This document shows, piece after piece, positions 28,129 through 37,756 of a DNA stretch of 64,000 bases; position 1 is the first letter of the stretch; every line of letters begins with the position of its first letter. The notes beneath the pieces are model-generated. The model saw only the letters and a list, made by a program, of their open reading frames with translations, had not been told where the DNA came from and did no database searches. The stretch comes from Candidatus Hermodarchaeota archaeon (GTDB lineage: Archaea; Asgardarchaeota; Hermodarchaeia; Hermodarchaeales; Hermodarchaeaceae). The stretch lies in the NCBI GenBank assembly GCA_016839805.1, contig JAEOTO010000033.1:1-64000 (forward strand). The letters are read 5' to 3'. The position numbers were made by a program, and so were the translations under genes.

Positions 28129-29115
28129 TTACGAAATTTTTGATGTAAATCTTTGATATGGATCTGTACCAGGTTCTAATGGCTTTGACTGATCTGGATA
28201 TTCAATTATAATTCGTTTTTTCCGCGTAAATGTTCCAATGATATCTGATTTCCTACCTGATTCCTTAATCTCTTTGATAAGTTCATCTGCAGATTCGGGT
28301 TTGGCAATGATAAGAAAACTTCCGAAGGAAGAACAATAGAGAGGATCCCAATTCAAATAATTAAAGAGTCGAATACCCAACTCATCCCAAGGAACATTCT
28401 CATACTGAAGCGTGATTCCACGCCCCGTGGTCGCGAATAGCTCCATTAGTGCCAATCCAAGTCCTCCTTCCGCTAAATCATGCATCAATAATATTTGCTC
28501 TTGGGGGAGAGATTGTACTATGGGCACCACAGAAAATACGGATAGATCTTTGGCTATCAATTCTCGTTGTGAGCGGGGAAGAATCGAATCGATGTGTGAG
28601 GGTTCAACATTTGCAACAAACCAAAGTGTTTCTCGCCCAATTGGACCAACAGCGATAATAACATCACCTGGCGAAATTTTAGGTAATTGGCGAGGTTCAC
28701 CGGGTAACATACCAAAACACGTAGTGGCTATGAATGGTACTTGCAGGCCATCATAACCTCCGGTGTGTCCACCAATGATTTGTAGATTAAGCTGTTCTGC
28801 TTCTTGACCGAGTTGTTTCAAAGTATCGGTAAGCCAGGTCTCTTCCGTATTTGGCGGATAGTAAATTCCCAAAGCAAGATACTGAGGTGTTGCCCCAGCC
28901 ATAGCCACATCAGTTGCAGAATAGTGTACGGCGAAGAATCCATAGAATTGATGTGGAATACCTATAACTGGGTCAGTAGAAACGACTAAGTTACCATGAA
29001 CCATAGTGGAACCATAGTCTAAGGTTACTGTTCCAGGGTCTTGAACACGAGGTAAAAGAGGAAAAACAAGACGTTTAAGTTCAGCTAAATTGAGTTTTCC
29101 TTTAGGAAGAGACAT
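28129..29115 (-). CDS. AIR-synthase/HypE/ThiL (PurM-like) family protein
   Basis: LPKGKL, VSTDP, ATDVAMAGA, IIGGHT, MHDLAEGGL motifs. Confidence 0.85.
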   Translation of the reverse strand: MSLPKGKLNLAELKRLVFPLLPRVQDPGTVTLDYGSTMVHGNLVVSTDPVIGIPHQFYGFFAVHYSATDVAMAGATPQYLALGIYYPPNTEETWLTDTLKQLGQEAEQLNLQIIGGHTGGYDGLQVPFIATTCFGMLPGEPRQLPKISPGDVIIAVGPIGRETLWFVANVEPSHIDSILPRSQRELIAKDLSVFSVVPIVQSLPQEQILLMHDLAEGGLGLALMELFATTGRGITLQYENVPWDELGIRLFNYLNWDPLYCSSFGSFLIIAKPESADELIKEIKESGRKSDIIGTFTRKKRIIIEYPDQSKPLEPGTDPYQRFTSKIS

Positions 29116-29184
29116 TACAAGGCAACCCCTAGAGGAACAACACGTTTTCTTGTTATAATGCATGCGGTTGCAATGAGTGAGTTG

Positions 29185-30138
29185 CTACAATCCATTTTCC
29201 AGTTTTTTCCGTCTCTGGAGCCGTGGTTCTAGAGCAATCAAAAGTGTTGCTAGGAGAATAAGTCCCGCGCCAATAGCTTGCCAAAAAACAACAGGTTGTG
29301 CCATGAAGAAGATGCCAAATATAACTGCACTAATTGGATCAAGTAAAAGAATGATGGAGGCGGCTGAGGCATCGATTTGTTCAACACCAATATTTGTTAG
29401 CGTATAGGGAATTGCGGTTCCAATTAGTGCAAAACCCAGTAGGAGGAGCCACGCTACCGGATGAATGATGAGTTGAAAGCCAATGATTCTAGGATCAGTA
29501 ATGAAAAAACTTAGAATGACTATGACAGGTCCTATCCATAACATTGCAAAGAAGTACCCCCAAAATGTCGTGACAATCGGTCGATAACCTTCATGACCAC
29601 CCCATTTCCGTCCTAGTACCACATAACAGGCTGCAAAAATTGCATTTGATATTGCCAAGATGATACCTGCTAAAGGAATGGGAGCTAAATAGGGAGTTAG
29701 GGGTAGCGAGACTATCACTGCCCCAGCAATCGATAAAGGGACGGCGACAAGTCGAATTGTCGTAAATTGCTCTTTCAAGAAGATACGACTCAGAATGAGC
29801 GTGATTGCAGGATAGAGGTAAGTAAGCGAAACAGCCACAATGACAGGCGTCCCAATTGCTATTGCTGTGATGTAAACGATGATAGAGAGTGCGATGCCAA
29901 TTAACCCATAAATAATGAAGTGACTAAGGTGCTCTCGTTTTATCATGACTGTCCGATACGAATAAGCTACACCCAGGGCAATGAGGAGGTAAAGTACCGT
30001 AAAGATAGCGCGGAAAAGTGATTGCTGTAATGATGGAACACCCATAAGACTAAGATAAAAAGTAAAGACGGGGATGGTTCCAAAACAGACTGCTGCAATA
30101 ATTAAACTCAAATGATTCAGGACCCGTGATTTACTCAT
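29185..30138 (-). CDS. DMT/EamA-family transporter
   Basis: About 10 TMs in two EamA repeats (LTYLYPA...FLKE; ILLLDPISAV). Confidence 0.9.
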   Translation of the reverse strand: MSKSRVLNHLSLIIAAVCFGTIPVFTFYLSLMGVPSLQQSLFRAIFTVLYLLIALGVAYSYRTVMIKREHLSHFIIYGLIGIALSIIVYITAIAIGTPVIVAVSLTYLYPAITLILSRIFLKEQFTTIRLVAVPLSIAGAVIVSLPLTPYLAPIPLAGIILAISNAIFAACYVVLGRKWGGHEGYRPIVTTFWGYFFAMLWIGPVIVILSFFITDPRIIGFQLIIHPVAWLLLLGFALIGTAIPYTLTNIGVEQIDASAASIILLLDPISAVIFGIFFMAQPVVFWQAIGAGLILLATLLIALEPRLQRRKKLENGL

Positions 30139-30191
30139 CCCAAATCGCCTTTTCGTGCAACTTGTCAGTCAGCATTTTGTTGGTCTTTAGC

Positions 30192-30767
30192 TCAAAACTC
30201 TAGAGGGCTTATGGAGGTAGCACCGCTTTTTAATGCTTGTAAATTCGTTGTCTTGAATCGACGGAGTTTACCATCTTTTGTTACCGTATCCCGAAGCAAC
30301 TTAAGGTCGACGCGGTCGTCAACGGCAGCAAGAGCCCCAAGCGAAGCTATCCCAATATAGCGGACATGACCTAGTTCTTCAGCGATTCTTCGAATCCGAA
30401 CTTGATAGATTTTCATCTTGTTTTGGTCTGGAAGATCTGCTAGCCCCAGTTGAACAGCTGGTTCACCTAGAATATCAGCTTCGAGTATGAGTAGCTCACT
30501 ACTCAAATCTGGACTGATTGCACAACACTTCTTGAAAGCTGGGGTTGATAACGCTATGAGGACATTGGGTTTATGGAAGTTTAATTCATAGATAGGGTCA
30601 GAAGATATGGTAAGATCTGCTGTACAAGCACCTCCACGAGCCGCAGCACCATGTGATTCAGTTTGAAGTACGTGGAACCCTTTCTTTGTAAAACTAAGCC
30701 CTAATATTCTGCTAGCAGTAACTACACCATAGCCTCCATACCCTGCAAAGCGGAGTGTCAAATGCAT
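30192..30767 (-). CDS. 2-oxoacid:ferredoxin oxidoreductase gamma subunit
   Basis: RFAGYGGYGVV, GAAARGG motifs; operon context. Confidence 0.9.
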   Translation of the reverse strand: MHLTLRFAGYGGYGVVTASRILGLSFTKKGFHVLQTESHGAAARGGACTADLTISSDPIYELNFHKPNVLIALSTPAFKKCCAISPDLSSELLILEADILGEPAVQLGLADLPDQNKMKIYQVRIRRIAEELGHVRYIGIASLGALAAVDDRVDLKLLRDTVTKDGKLRRFKTTNLQALKSGATSISPLEF

Positions 30768-31670
30768 TTACGCATCACCTTTGTTATTCCAAAGCTCTTG
30801 AAGGTAATCAATTAGTGTGGGACGCTTTTCTTGTTTGAAGACCCCGAGATCAATGGGTTTTTCCTGCAAGGTTATTTGATATCTTGGATGCCCGTTTGTT
30901 ACTCCAGTTTTTTTCCCTTTCAAAGCCTTCAACATCCATGCACCAGGTTGACGTCGAAATTGTTCCTGTTCTTCGGGAGTAAGACCGGTTTGGAATTCAG
31001 TTAGAAACTGTGCGGCATAGGTTGGACATTGTGAAATAATTTCGATGAAAGAAAAGCCTGGATGGATCATGGCTTCCTTAAGAGTGGCAACAATTTCATT
31101 GACATAATAGGTTGTCCAACGGGCGACATAACTGGCTCCAGCTCCCAGCATTAGTTGTGATAGATCAAAGGGAGTTTCAGGGTGTTTAGGATAGGTTGAA
31201 GTTTGGACATGAAGAGGGGTAGTAGGAGCTGATTGACCACCAGTCATTCCATAATTGAGATTATTTACCAAGATGACAGTCATCGGGATATTACGTCGGG
31301 CCGCGTGGATGAGGTGATTGCCCCCAATGGCTGCCCCATCCCCGTCTCCAGTAAAGACAGTGACCTGCAATTTGGGATTCATGATTTTTGCTCCAGTGGC
31401 AAAAGCAATTGCACGGCCATGTGTAGTATGGAGGGTGTCACCCTTAAAATGCGGACTGGGAATCCATGCTGAACAACCAATCCCTGATACACTGAGTATG
31501 TTTTGGTGTTGTAATTGTTTATCTTTGATGAGGTCATCGACAGCTCTTACAAAACAGTTCAGAATTGTGCCATTCCCACAACCTGCACAAAAGGCAGTCG
31601 GTAAATTCCGCAGATATCGTTCACGATAATACTCCTGAGGTTTTCCTAAGTTGTTTTCAGATTTATTCAA
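30768..31670 (-). CDS. 2-oxoacid:ferredoxin oxidoreductase beta subunit (TPP-binding)
   Basis: FCAGCG, SGIGCS, HTTHGRA, GDGD, NNLNYGMTGGQ, SQCP. Confidence 0.95.
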   Translation of the reverse strand: MNKSENNLGKPQEYYRERYLRNLPTAFCAGCGNGTILNCFVRAVDDLIKDKQLQHQNILSVSGIGCSAWIPSPHFKGDTLHTTHGRAIAFATGAKIMNPKLQVTVFTGDGDGAAIGGNHLIHAARRNIPMTVILVNNLNYGMTGGQSAPTTPLHVQTSTYPKHPETPFDLSQLMLGAGASYVARWTTYYVNEIVATLKEAMIHPGFSFIEIISQCPTYAAQFLTEFQTGLTPEEQEQFRRQPGAWMLKALKGKKTGVTNGHPRYQITLQEKPIDLGVFKQEKRPTLIDYLQELWNNKGDA

Positions 31671-32803
31671 GCTGCATCAGCCTCCATTACTGCTTTCAGG
31701 ATTTCCTTGGCATCGTGTACTTCTCCTGCCACCTTTGGGATACTTATGACATCAGCTTGGCAGGCAATTCGAGCGACCTCATGAACCATCATGCCCATAT
31801 TCATCTCCACAACAAAGATTCGCTGAATATCCTTCAATAACGCTCTTAGATGCGCTTCAGGAAACGGCCACAATGTTTTCAATCGGACAAATCCGACATT
31901 CACACCATTCTTTTGAGCAGTTTGAACCGCATGATAAGCCGGACGAGCAGCAGCCCCAAAGCTTACCACAATTGATTCAGCAGAATCAAGATAACTAACC
32001 TCAAGATCCAATTTTTCTTCATATAGAGCCTGACCTGCCTGTTGGCTCTTTTTAAAAATCCATTCAATCGTTGCACGATGAAAGGTAGGAGTGTAATCAC
32101 GAACGCCATTCGGACGGTGTGCGGATCCCGTAACTAGGAGATTGTGTCCATCGCCAAATCGAGGCATTTCGTACCTCAAGAAGATTTCCTCAGGGCGAGG
32201 ATGAGATTTGGTAAATCGCTTTCGATTAAGAACAGGAAATGCACCGGGTTTTGGAATTGTTAGGGGTTCACGCATGTAACAAATCTCACCATCTGCCATG
32301 ACCAAAGTCGGTGTCCGAAACTTCTCAGCGTAGTTGAAAGCGTGAATTGTGAAATCAAACATCTCTTGAACAGACCACGGGCTGAAAGCAATAGGCGCAA
32401 TATCACCGTGAGTGCCATATCGAGCTTGCATGACATCTTGTTGTCCTGGCATTGTAGCCTGACCTGTGCTTGGTCCAGATCGCTGAGCATCAACTACCAC
32501 AACAGGAGTTTCTGTAAGATACGCATATCCTAGATTTTCTTGCATAAGGCTGAATCCTGGACCTGAAGTGGCAGTCATCGTTTTCCCACCAGACCAAGAT
32601 GCTCCTATGATTGCAGCCATCGATGCGAGTTCATCTTCCATTTGTACAAAATAACCCTTAACCTGTGGAAGCCGTAGCGCCATTTGTTCAACTATACTTG
32701 TTGCGGGTGTAATCGGATATCCAGCAAAAAATCGACAGCCAGCATAGATGGCGCCTTCAGCACAAGCAACCCCTCCGTCAACAAAATATAATCCAGCCTT
32801 CAT
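31667..32803 (-). CDS. 2-oxoacid:ferredoxin oxidoreductase alpha subunit
   Basis: FFAGYPITPAT, QMEDE, TATSGPGFSLMQE, QRSGPSTG, VEMNMG. Confidence 0.95.
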   Translation of the reverse strand: MKAGLYFVDGGVACAEGAIYAGCRFFAGYPITPATSIVEQMALRLPQVKGYFVQMEDELASMAAIIGASWSGGKTMTATSGPGFSLMQENLGYAYLTETPVVVVDAQRSGPSTGQATMPGQQDVMQARYGTHGDIAPIAFSPWSVQEMFDFTIHAFNYAEKFRTPTLVMADGEICYMREPLTIPKPGAFPVLNRKRFTKSHPRPEEIFLRYEMPRFGDGHNLLVTGSAHRPNGVRDYTPTFHRATIEWIFKKSQQAGQALYEEKLDLEVSYLDSAESIVVSFGAAARPAYHAVQTAQKNGVNVGFVRLKTLWPFPEAHLRALLKDIQRIFVVEMNMGMMVHEVARIACQADVISIPKVAGEVHDAKEILKAVMEADAA

Positions 32804-33048
32804 TCATCTTCCACCTCAACCATAATTGCGGCATCCGGACATCGTTTCTCACATAATCGGCACGCCACACCCTTCTTTCCACGAACTAGCATGCATTTCG
32901 TATCGCCACCTTCACAAAGATGTGGACTATGACCTCCCCACGGCGTTGGAGTATCCTCTTCCAACACCTTCGCCGGGCAAAAGAGAATACATATACCACA
33001 GCCTTTGCAAAGGGTTTTGTCAACACTGAGTTTAATGCTCCGTGGAAT
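32800..33048 (-). CDS. 2-oxoacid:ferredoxin oxidoreductase delta subunit (2x[4Fe-4S] ferredoxin), ATT start
   Basis: Manual translation (M)PRSIKLSVDKTLCKGCGICILFCP...CMLVRGKKGVACRLCEKRCPDAAIMVEVEDE*. The stop overlaps the alpha-subunit ATG (ATGA). SD GAGGAGG lies 8 nt before ATT. Missing from the track. Confidence 0.88.
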   Translation of the reverse strand: MPRSIKLSVDKTLCKGCGICILFCPAKVLEEDTPTPWGGHSPHLCEGGDTKCMLVRGKKGVACRLCEKRCPDAAIMVEVEDE

Positions 33049-33145
33049 TCTTCATTCCTCCTCAGTTCACGTAGGTCTGATTCGCGTCGATGAATTTGTA
33101 TGATTACCTAAAGTTTTATGGAAAGACGATACTGACGTTTCTACC

Positions 33146-34501
33146 ATGTCAGAGCCACAATCCCATCGAATACCACGATGGATTACAGCTGTGTTCATGT
33201 TCGCCATTACTATTGTACTCACCACTTTGACATATTTTATTGATATTGTGGGAGCCATCTACTATTATGTTAGTATTCTCCTCGTGCTTATATTCTGGAT
33301 TTATGTTGATCGGCAGCTTCCTGAAGGGTTAGGGTTTCGATTCGAATCACGATGGTGGTTGCAATTACTCCTTGGCATTCTCCTCACTGGAATTGTTCTT
33401 TGGCTCATCATCTGGCTTGAAGTGCTCTTGGGCTGGATCATACTCATCCCAGTTTTTCTCGACCAGACATTATGGCTTATTACTGGAGCTCTTGCCGTGT
33501 ATGCGACAAATCAGGCAATGGTTGCAGTTGGAGAGGAATTGGTGAGCAGAGGATACATCCAACAAAATCTTGCTACCCGCTTGACGATGCCTTTTACAAT
33601 TCTAATTTCAGCGGTCATGTTTGCTATATTTCATGTCCTAAGTATGGTCTATTATTCGCTTCCACTCGTGTTAGCAATCATCATGTTTAGCAATATCATC
33701 TTAGCCGGTATCTTGTTTGGCATAGCGTTTGCTCGGACACGTAATCTCTGGTTACCCATTGGTCTCCATTTTGGATGGAATATGGTGTTATATCATATTG
33801 TAGGCATTAGGGGATATGGACTATTCCAGTATCAAAGTATTAGCCTGGAGATTTTGACTGGGGGGATTATGGGTCCCGAGGCAGGATTGTTAGGGACAGT
33901 TGCCTTTCTGTTCCTTATTGCGATTGTGTGGATTGGTACGAAAGAATCTGGTGGGCTGCTCTTGCGGATTTTTAATCGAAAACCGCTGCTAATGTTTGCC
34001 TTTGGCTTCTTGGTCATTCTAATACCGGTAATATTAGGACTAGTGCTTGCAGGTCTGTGGTTCTTTCTCATAGTGTGGATTATATATGCGATTTTTTTTC
34101 TTCAGGTTTGGGAAAATCGCATCTTATGTAGCCATTGTCCCTATTACGGCTCGGAGGGTCGAACACTACGGTGTCATGCTAACTATGGGTTATTCAAGCT
34201 TTGGAAATATAATCCAGCTCCCATGAGCCGCTCGGAACAGGTTCAAATGGTGATTGGGGTAGCGATTATGATCGGATTCCCCTTTCCTCTCTTATTTTTA
34301 AGTCAACAATGGGTTTTCCTGATTTTCGCCTCATTTGGAGCTATTGTCCTCGGAGCGATTCTTTTTGATTGGTTATGTGTGCGGTGTGTGAACTTTTCTT
34401 GTCCATTTAACCGAGTACCTAAGGATGAAGTCGATGCCTTCCTGAAGGAGCATCCGGAGATGCGGAAGGCTTGGGAAGAAAAAGGTTACCAAGTTGATTG
34501 A
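33146..34501 (+). CDS. CPBP/Abi (CAAX-protease-like) intramembrane metalloprotease fused to a Cys-rich membrane domain
   Basis: EELVSRG, FAIFH, HFGWN, GPEAG; C-terminal CSHCPYY, C-x2-C-x4-CP. Confidence 0.88.
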   Translation: MSEPQSHRIPRWITAVFMFAITIVLTTLTYFIDIVGAIYYYVSILLVLIFWIYVDRQLPEGLGFRFESRWWLQLLLGILLTGIVLWLIIWLEVLLGWIILIPVFLDQTLWLITGALAVYATNQAMVAVGEELVSRGYIQQNLATRLTMPFTILISAVMFAIFHVLSMVYYSLPLVLAIIMFSNIILAGILFGIAFARTRNLWLPIGLHFGWNMVLYHIVGIRGYGLFQYQSISLEILTGGIMGPEAGLLGTVAFLFLIAIVWIGTKESGGLLLRIFNRKPLLMFAFGFLVILIPVILGLVLAGLWFFLIVWIIYAIFFLQVWENRILCSHCPYYGSEGRTLRCHANYGLFKLWKYNPAPMSRSEQVQMVIGVAIMIGFPFPLLFLSQQWVFLIFASFGAIVLGAILFDWLCVRCVNFSCPFNRVPKDEVDAFLKEHPEMRKAWEEKGYQVD

Positions 34502-34508
34502 TAGGGTT

Positions 34509-35132
34509 TCAGTCTTTGTGGAATTTCATTGCAAGGGATGTGACGCGTTCTCCGACCAGTTGACTGTTGCGAATAGCAATTTCATCTTTGGGGGTTCCTC
34601 GCCACGTAAATCCTTCACTTTGGAGACCCGTCATCCCTGCCCAAGCCTCCGTTACAGGGTTACCAATACCACCTGTCACAATCATTCCTTGTGCTAAGGC
34701 GTAATTTATAATGGCTCCCGCGGTGGGTTCCTGACCACCATGGCGAAGACCAGCCGCTACAATTATGCCCACAATTTTATCCCGAAGTCGATGGTCTAAC
34801 ATTTTCCGGGTTCGCGAACGATCAATGAGATTTTTTAGTATTCCAGGTACAGTAGCAAAATAGGAAGGACTAGCGAAGATGATGGCATCCGATTCTTCCA
34901 TTTTATCCAAAATTTTTGGTATGTCATCTTTAGCATCTTCAGGACAGGGTTTTTGGCGAACACAATTATCGCAACCCGTACATGGAAGGAGTTCATAATC
35001 AGCTAAGCGAAGTAGTTCAGTGTCAACACCCGCGAAAGCTTTGGCAGCATCTAGAGCTTTGGTCAATAAAAACTCAGAACTTGATTTTTCCTTTTTAGGA
35101 GAACCAGAAATCCCCAACACTTTAATTCCCAT
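34509..35132 (-). CDS. Iron-sulfur flavoprotein / flavodoxin-family protein
   Basis: GISGSP, CTGCDNC...CP, DAIIFASPSYF, LKNLIDR, GGQE. Confidence 0.92.
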   Translation of the reverse strand: MGIKVLGISGSPKKEKSSSEFLLTKALDAAKAFAGVDTELLRLADYELLPCTGCDNCVRQKPCPEDAKDDIPKILDKMEESDAIIFASPSYFATVPGILKNLIDRSRTRKMLDHRLRDKIVGIIVAAGLRHGGQEPTAGAIINYALAQGMIVTGGIGNPVTEAWAGMTGLQSEGFTWRGTPKDEIAIRNSQLVGERVTSLAMKFHKD

Positions 35133-35229
35133 AATATCGACCTCAGCGATTAGATACTAACTGTTAAGGAGTTCCCCAAATAGGTTTCCGGTTCCACACC
35201 GAATCTAAAAAGATCGGAGACAGACAGCT

Positions 35230-35853
35230 CTAGGTTTTCTTTCGAAGAATTTGTTCAATTCGTCGCAAATCAGCGAGAGTATTCACGTTGGTAAATGTTT
35301 GAAGTTTTTTGTCAAACCGTTGTAAAGCATTAGTGGAAAGGTATATGACACGTCCAACATCATCAATCAGACACTGCATTCGAGGATGGTCAGTTCTTAA
35401 ACATTCAGCTGCCACTTCTTTTGCTGCATCGGTCTCAAAGACAGAGTGCAAAGGTTCAACCCAACCATTAGGCCACCGAGGCACAGCCGCATTATGATTT
35501 TCAACCATACTCCACAGTATCTCGAAATACATTGGATGTATAAGAGGAGAATCGCAGGGTAGAAGTTGTGTGTAAGGATGCCGTGCATGTTGAAACGCTG
35601 TTAATGCACCAACCAAGGAACAACGATACTCAGATTTTATATCTGTAAAGATTTGATTTTCAGGGAAATATTTTGCGAATTCATCGCGATCGGATTTCGA
35701 ATGGACTACTACAAGAATTTGATTCGCATAGGCTTCGCAGGCATCGATGACGTGTAAGAAGAGAGGTTTACCAGCTACAAGTGAGAGTGCCTTAGGCTGT
35801 CGAAATCGGCTACTTTGTCCACCGGCAAGAATTGCAACTGTCACTGGTTGCAC
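35230..35853 (-). CDS. mobA: Molybdenum/tungsten cofactor guanylyltransferase (MobA-like)
   Basis: AILAGGQSSRF..PKAL, LPCDSP, EPLHSV, FTNVNT. Confidence 0.85.
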   Translation of the reverse strand: MQPVTVAILAGGQSSRFRQPKALSLVAGKPLFLHVIDACEAYANQILVVVHSKSDRDEFAKYFPENQIFTDIKSEYRCSLVGALTAFQHARHPYTQLLPCDSPLIHPMYFEILWSMVENHNAAVPRWPNGWVEPLHSVFETDAAKEVAAECLRTDHPRMQCLIDDVGRVIYLSTNALQRFDKKLQTFTNVNTLADLRRIEQILRKKT

Positions 35854-36019
35854 TATTATTCCTCTCAGAAAGGTACAATATTCAATTAACGCCGCTTCAA
35901 TCCGTTCTCAAACTTAAAGGTACTGATGAGATGAATTATCCGAATGAATAAGAAAGATAATGTATATTGGTGTTGTATATTCACTACGAATTTTATTTTG
36001 ACTTAGAAAAGATATTTAG

Positions 36020-36060
36020 AAAAAAAATGATTGGAGAAGGAGATGGTCTCCCCTCCAAGT
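36020..36060 (-). terminator. Orphan hairpin + T8 tract
   Basis: Minus strand TTGGAG-GGGAGA-CCA-TCTCCT-T-CTCCAA then TCATTTTTTTT. No annotated gene upstream on this strand. Confidence 0.5.
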
Positions 36061-36333
36061 CTATCTCAATATCCTCACATACACCTTTAAGACACGAAAA
36101 TAAGGACTTTAACAGTTTTAAAACAGATTTCAAAGATTAAATGACAATATTTCGAGAATAAAACTGTGAAGATTACCCAAATGACGGAAAAAAGGCAAAA
36201 TAGGCTAACTAAGGCTGTTTTTATCTACAGAAATCTAGAAAATATTAGATTAAAATAGCTCTTCTTGGCATAAAAGTCGCTATAGGCTCAATTGGATTTC
36301 CAGAAGTCGACAGGTGCAATTTACTCATGAGGT

Positions 36334-37731
36334 TTGACCATGGAATCTGATGAATCGTTAGTAGCTATCGAACAACGGATTTTATCACGGTTAACGGCTC
36401 AAGATCAGAACCAATTGTCTAATTTACTTCGAAACATCATTCTATTCATCAGAGCAGTAAAGGGTGAACCTCTAATCGCGGAGGAGAAAAGCTATCCAGC
36501 TCATCCGTTGTTTGACCATTCAAAGCATTTTGGAGGTCGGGAAGCCGCAGAAACACTCCAGTATCGGTTAAGTCTTATTGACCGCTATGAGGTTACAAGT
36601 GCGCAATACATTGAAAAAATTTTGACCCTTGACTACCCAGCAGCCTATACAAAGAAATTGACAAAGCGTACTGCATTGATTCTTCGAGAGCTTCATGAAG
36701 ACCCATCAATTCCGAAATATAAATTAGCAAAAAAGGTGGGGACCACTTCTCGTGTAATTACTACGGAATTAAAGAAATTACAGCATGAGTTTGCTTTTCA
36801 GATCATTACATCCACAGACCCGCAGAAATTCCGATTAGTGAGTCAAGGTATTTTTTTCCGTTCTAAATCCACCCAGCATTCTGAGCAATTAGAAGATTAT
36901 TGTCGTAATCAACAGGGCTTTCACCGATTGTTTCAGTTAGATCGAGATATGATTAGAGGTGGCATAGCATTTCGATACCCAGATCAGCCTGAATGCCACA
37001 GAATGTTTGAAGAAAAGGTTCGCTGGCTGAGAGACGAATTTCTTGACGAATATTATCTTATTCGAACCAACGGTTTTTACTATTCTTTATCATTTAGTAT
37101 GTATGACCCAGAAACTAACTCATTTTCTTTTGACCCAGAAATCATTTCTGAAGCACTCACTTCGTACATTAAACAACAGCGAGTCACATTACCCGAGATG
37201 AAAGGAATCGACTATTCAAAACCGATTAGATTTGATCGCGCTGATTTTTTACTCGCTCACTCTTTGTATTCCACTGGTATCTTAGCACAGTCTGATTTCA
37301 AACAAAACCTCTTAAGACAACATGGCATTGATTTTTCAAAAAAAACCATTTGGAAACGTGAACAGCGGTTACGCAAAAAGAACGCTGCATATCCCATTAT
37401 TGAGATGCAAATTCCAGGATTTGATGAACACGTCTCTTTTATTGTTACTTGTTCACCTTTGGTTTGCACAACGATTCGCGATTTTGCCTCCTTCCTCCCA
37501 TATGTGATTTTTTTCAAAACTGATTCTGGTTGTATCTTTAACATTCAACGTCCAGCTCACAATCCAACATTATCCAGTCAACTTCTACATTCTATTCATA
37601 ATGAACCTGGTGTTTTAGATGTCAAATTACTCCGATATCAATGGCGCATCCTTTCAACCCGACATATTGACATCGTGGATTACTGGGATGAAGAAGAGCA
37701 GCGATGGAATATTGAAGAAGGCGCGATTTGA
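36334..37731 (+). CDS. Large double wHTH/RAM transcriptional regulator (paralog 1)
   Basis: LTKRTALILRELHEDPSIPKYKLAKKVGTTSRVITTELKKL wHTH; second HTH FSKKTIWKREQRL; homologous to the genes at 37757, 42863 and 49281. Confidence 0.82.
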   Translation: MTMESDESLVAIEQRILSRLTAQDQNQLSNLLRNIILFIRAVKGEPLIAEEKSYPAHPLFDHSKHFGGREAAETLQYRLSLIDRYEVTSAQYIEKILTLDYPAAYTKKLTKRTALILRELHEDPSIPKYKLAKKVGTTSRVITTELKKLQHEFAFQIITSTDPQKFRLVSQGIFFRSKSTQHSEQLEDYCRNQQGFHRLFQLDRDMIRGGIAFRYPDQPECHRMFEEKVRWLRDEFLDEYYLIRTNGFYYSLSFSMYDPETNSFSFDPEIISEALTSYIKQQRVTLPEMKGIDYSKPIRFDRADFLLAHSLYSTGILAQSDFKQNLLRQHGIDFSKKTIWKREQRLRKKNAAYPIIEMQIPGFDEHVSFIVTCSPLVCTTIRDFASFLPYVIFFKTDSGCIFNIQRPAHNPTLSSQLLHSIHNEPGVLDVKLLRYQWRILSTRHIDIVDYWDEEEQRWNIEEGAI

Positions 37732-37756
37732 AGCATCAGGAAGGTGAAACCGTAGC

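Noticed and set aside
36039-36060. GGAGATGG...CTCCA resembling the 5' part of a fluoride riboswitch
   Set aside because: The downstream CTGATG/CTAC half is missing and no fluoride-related gene follows.
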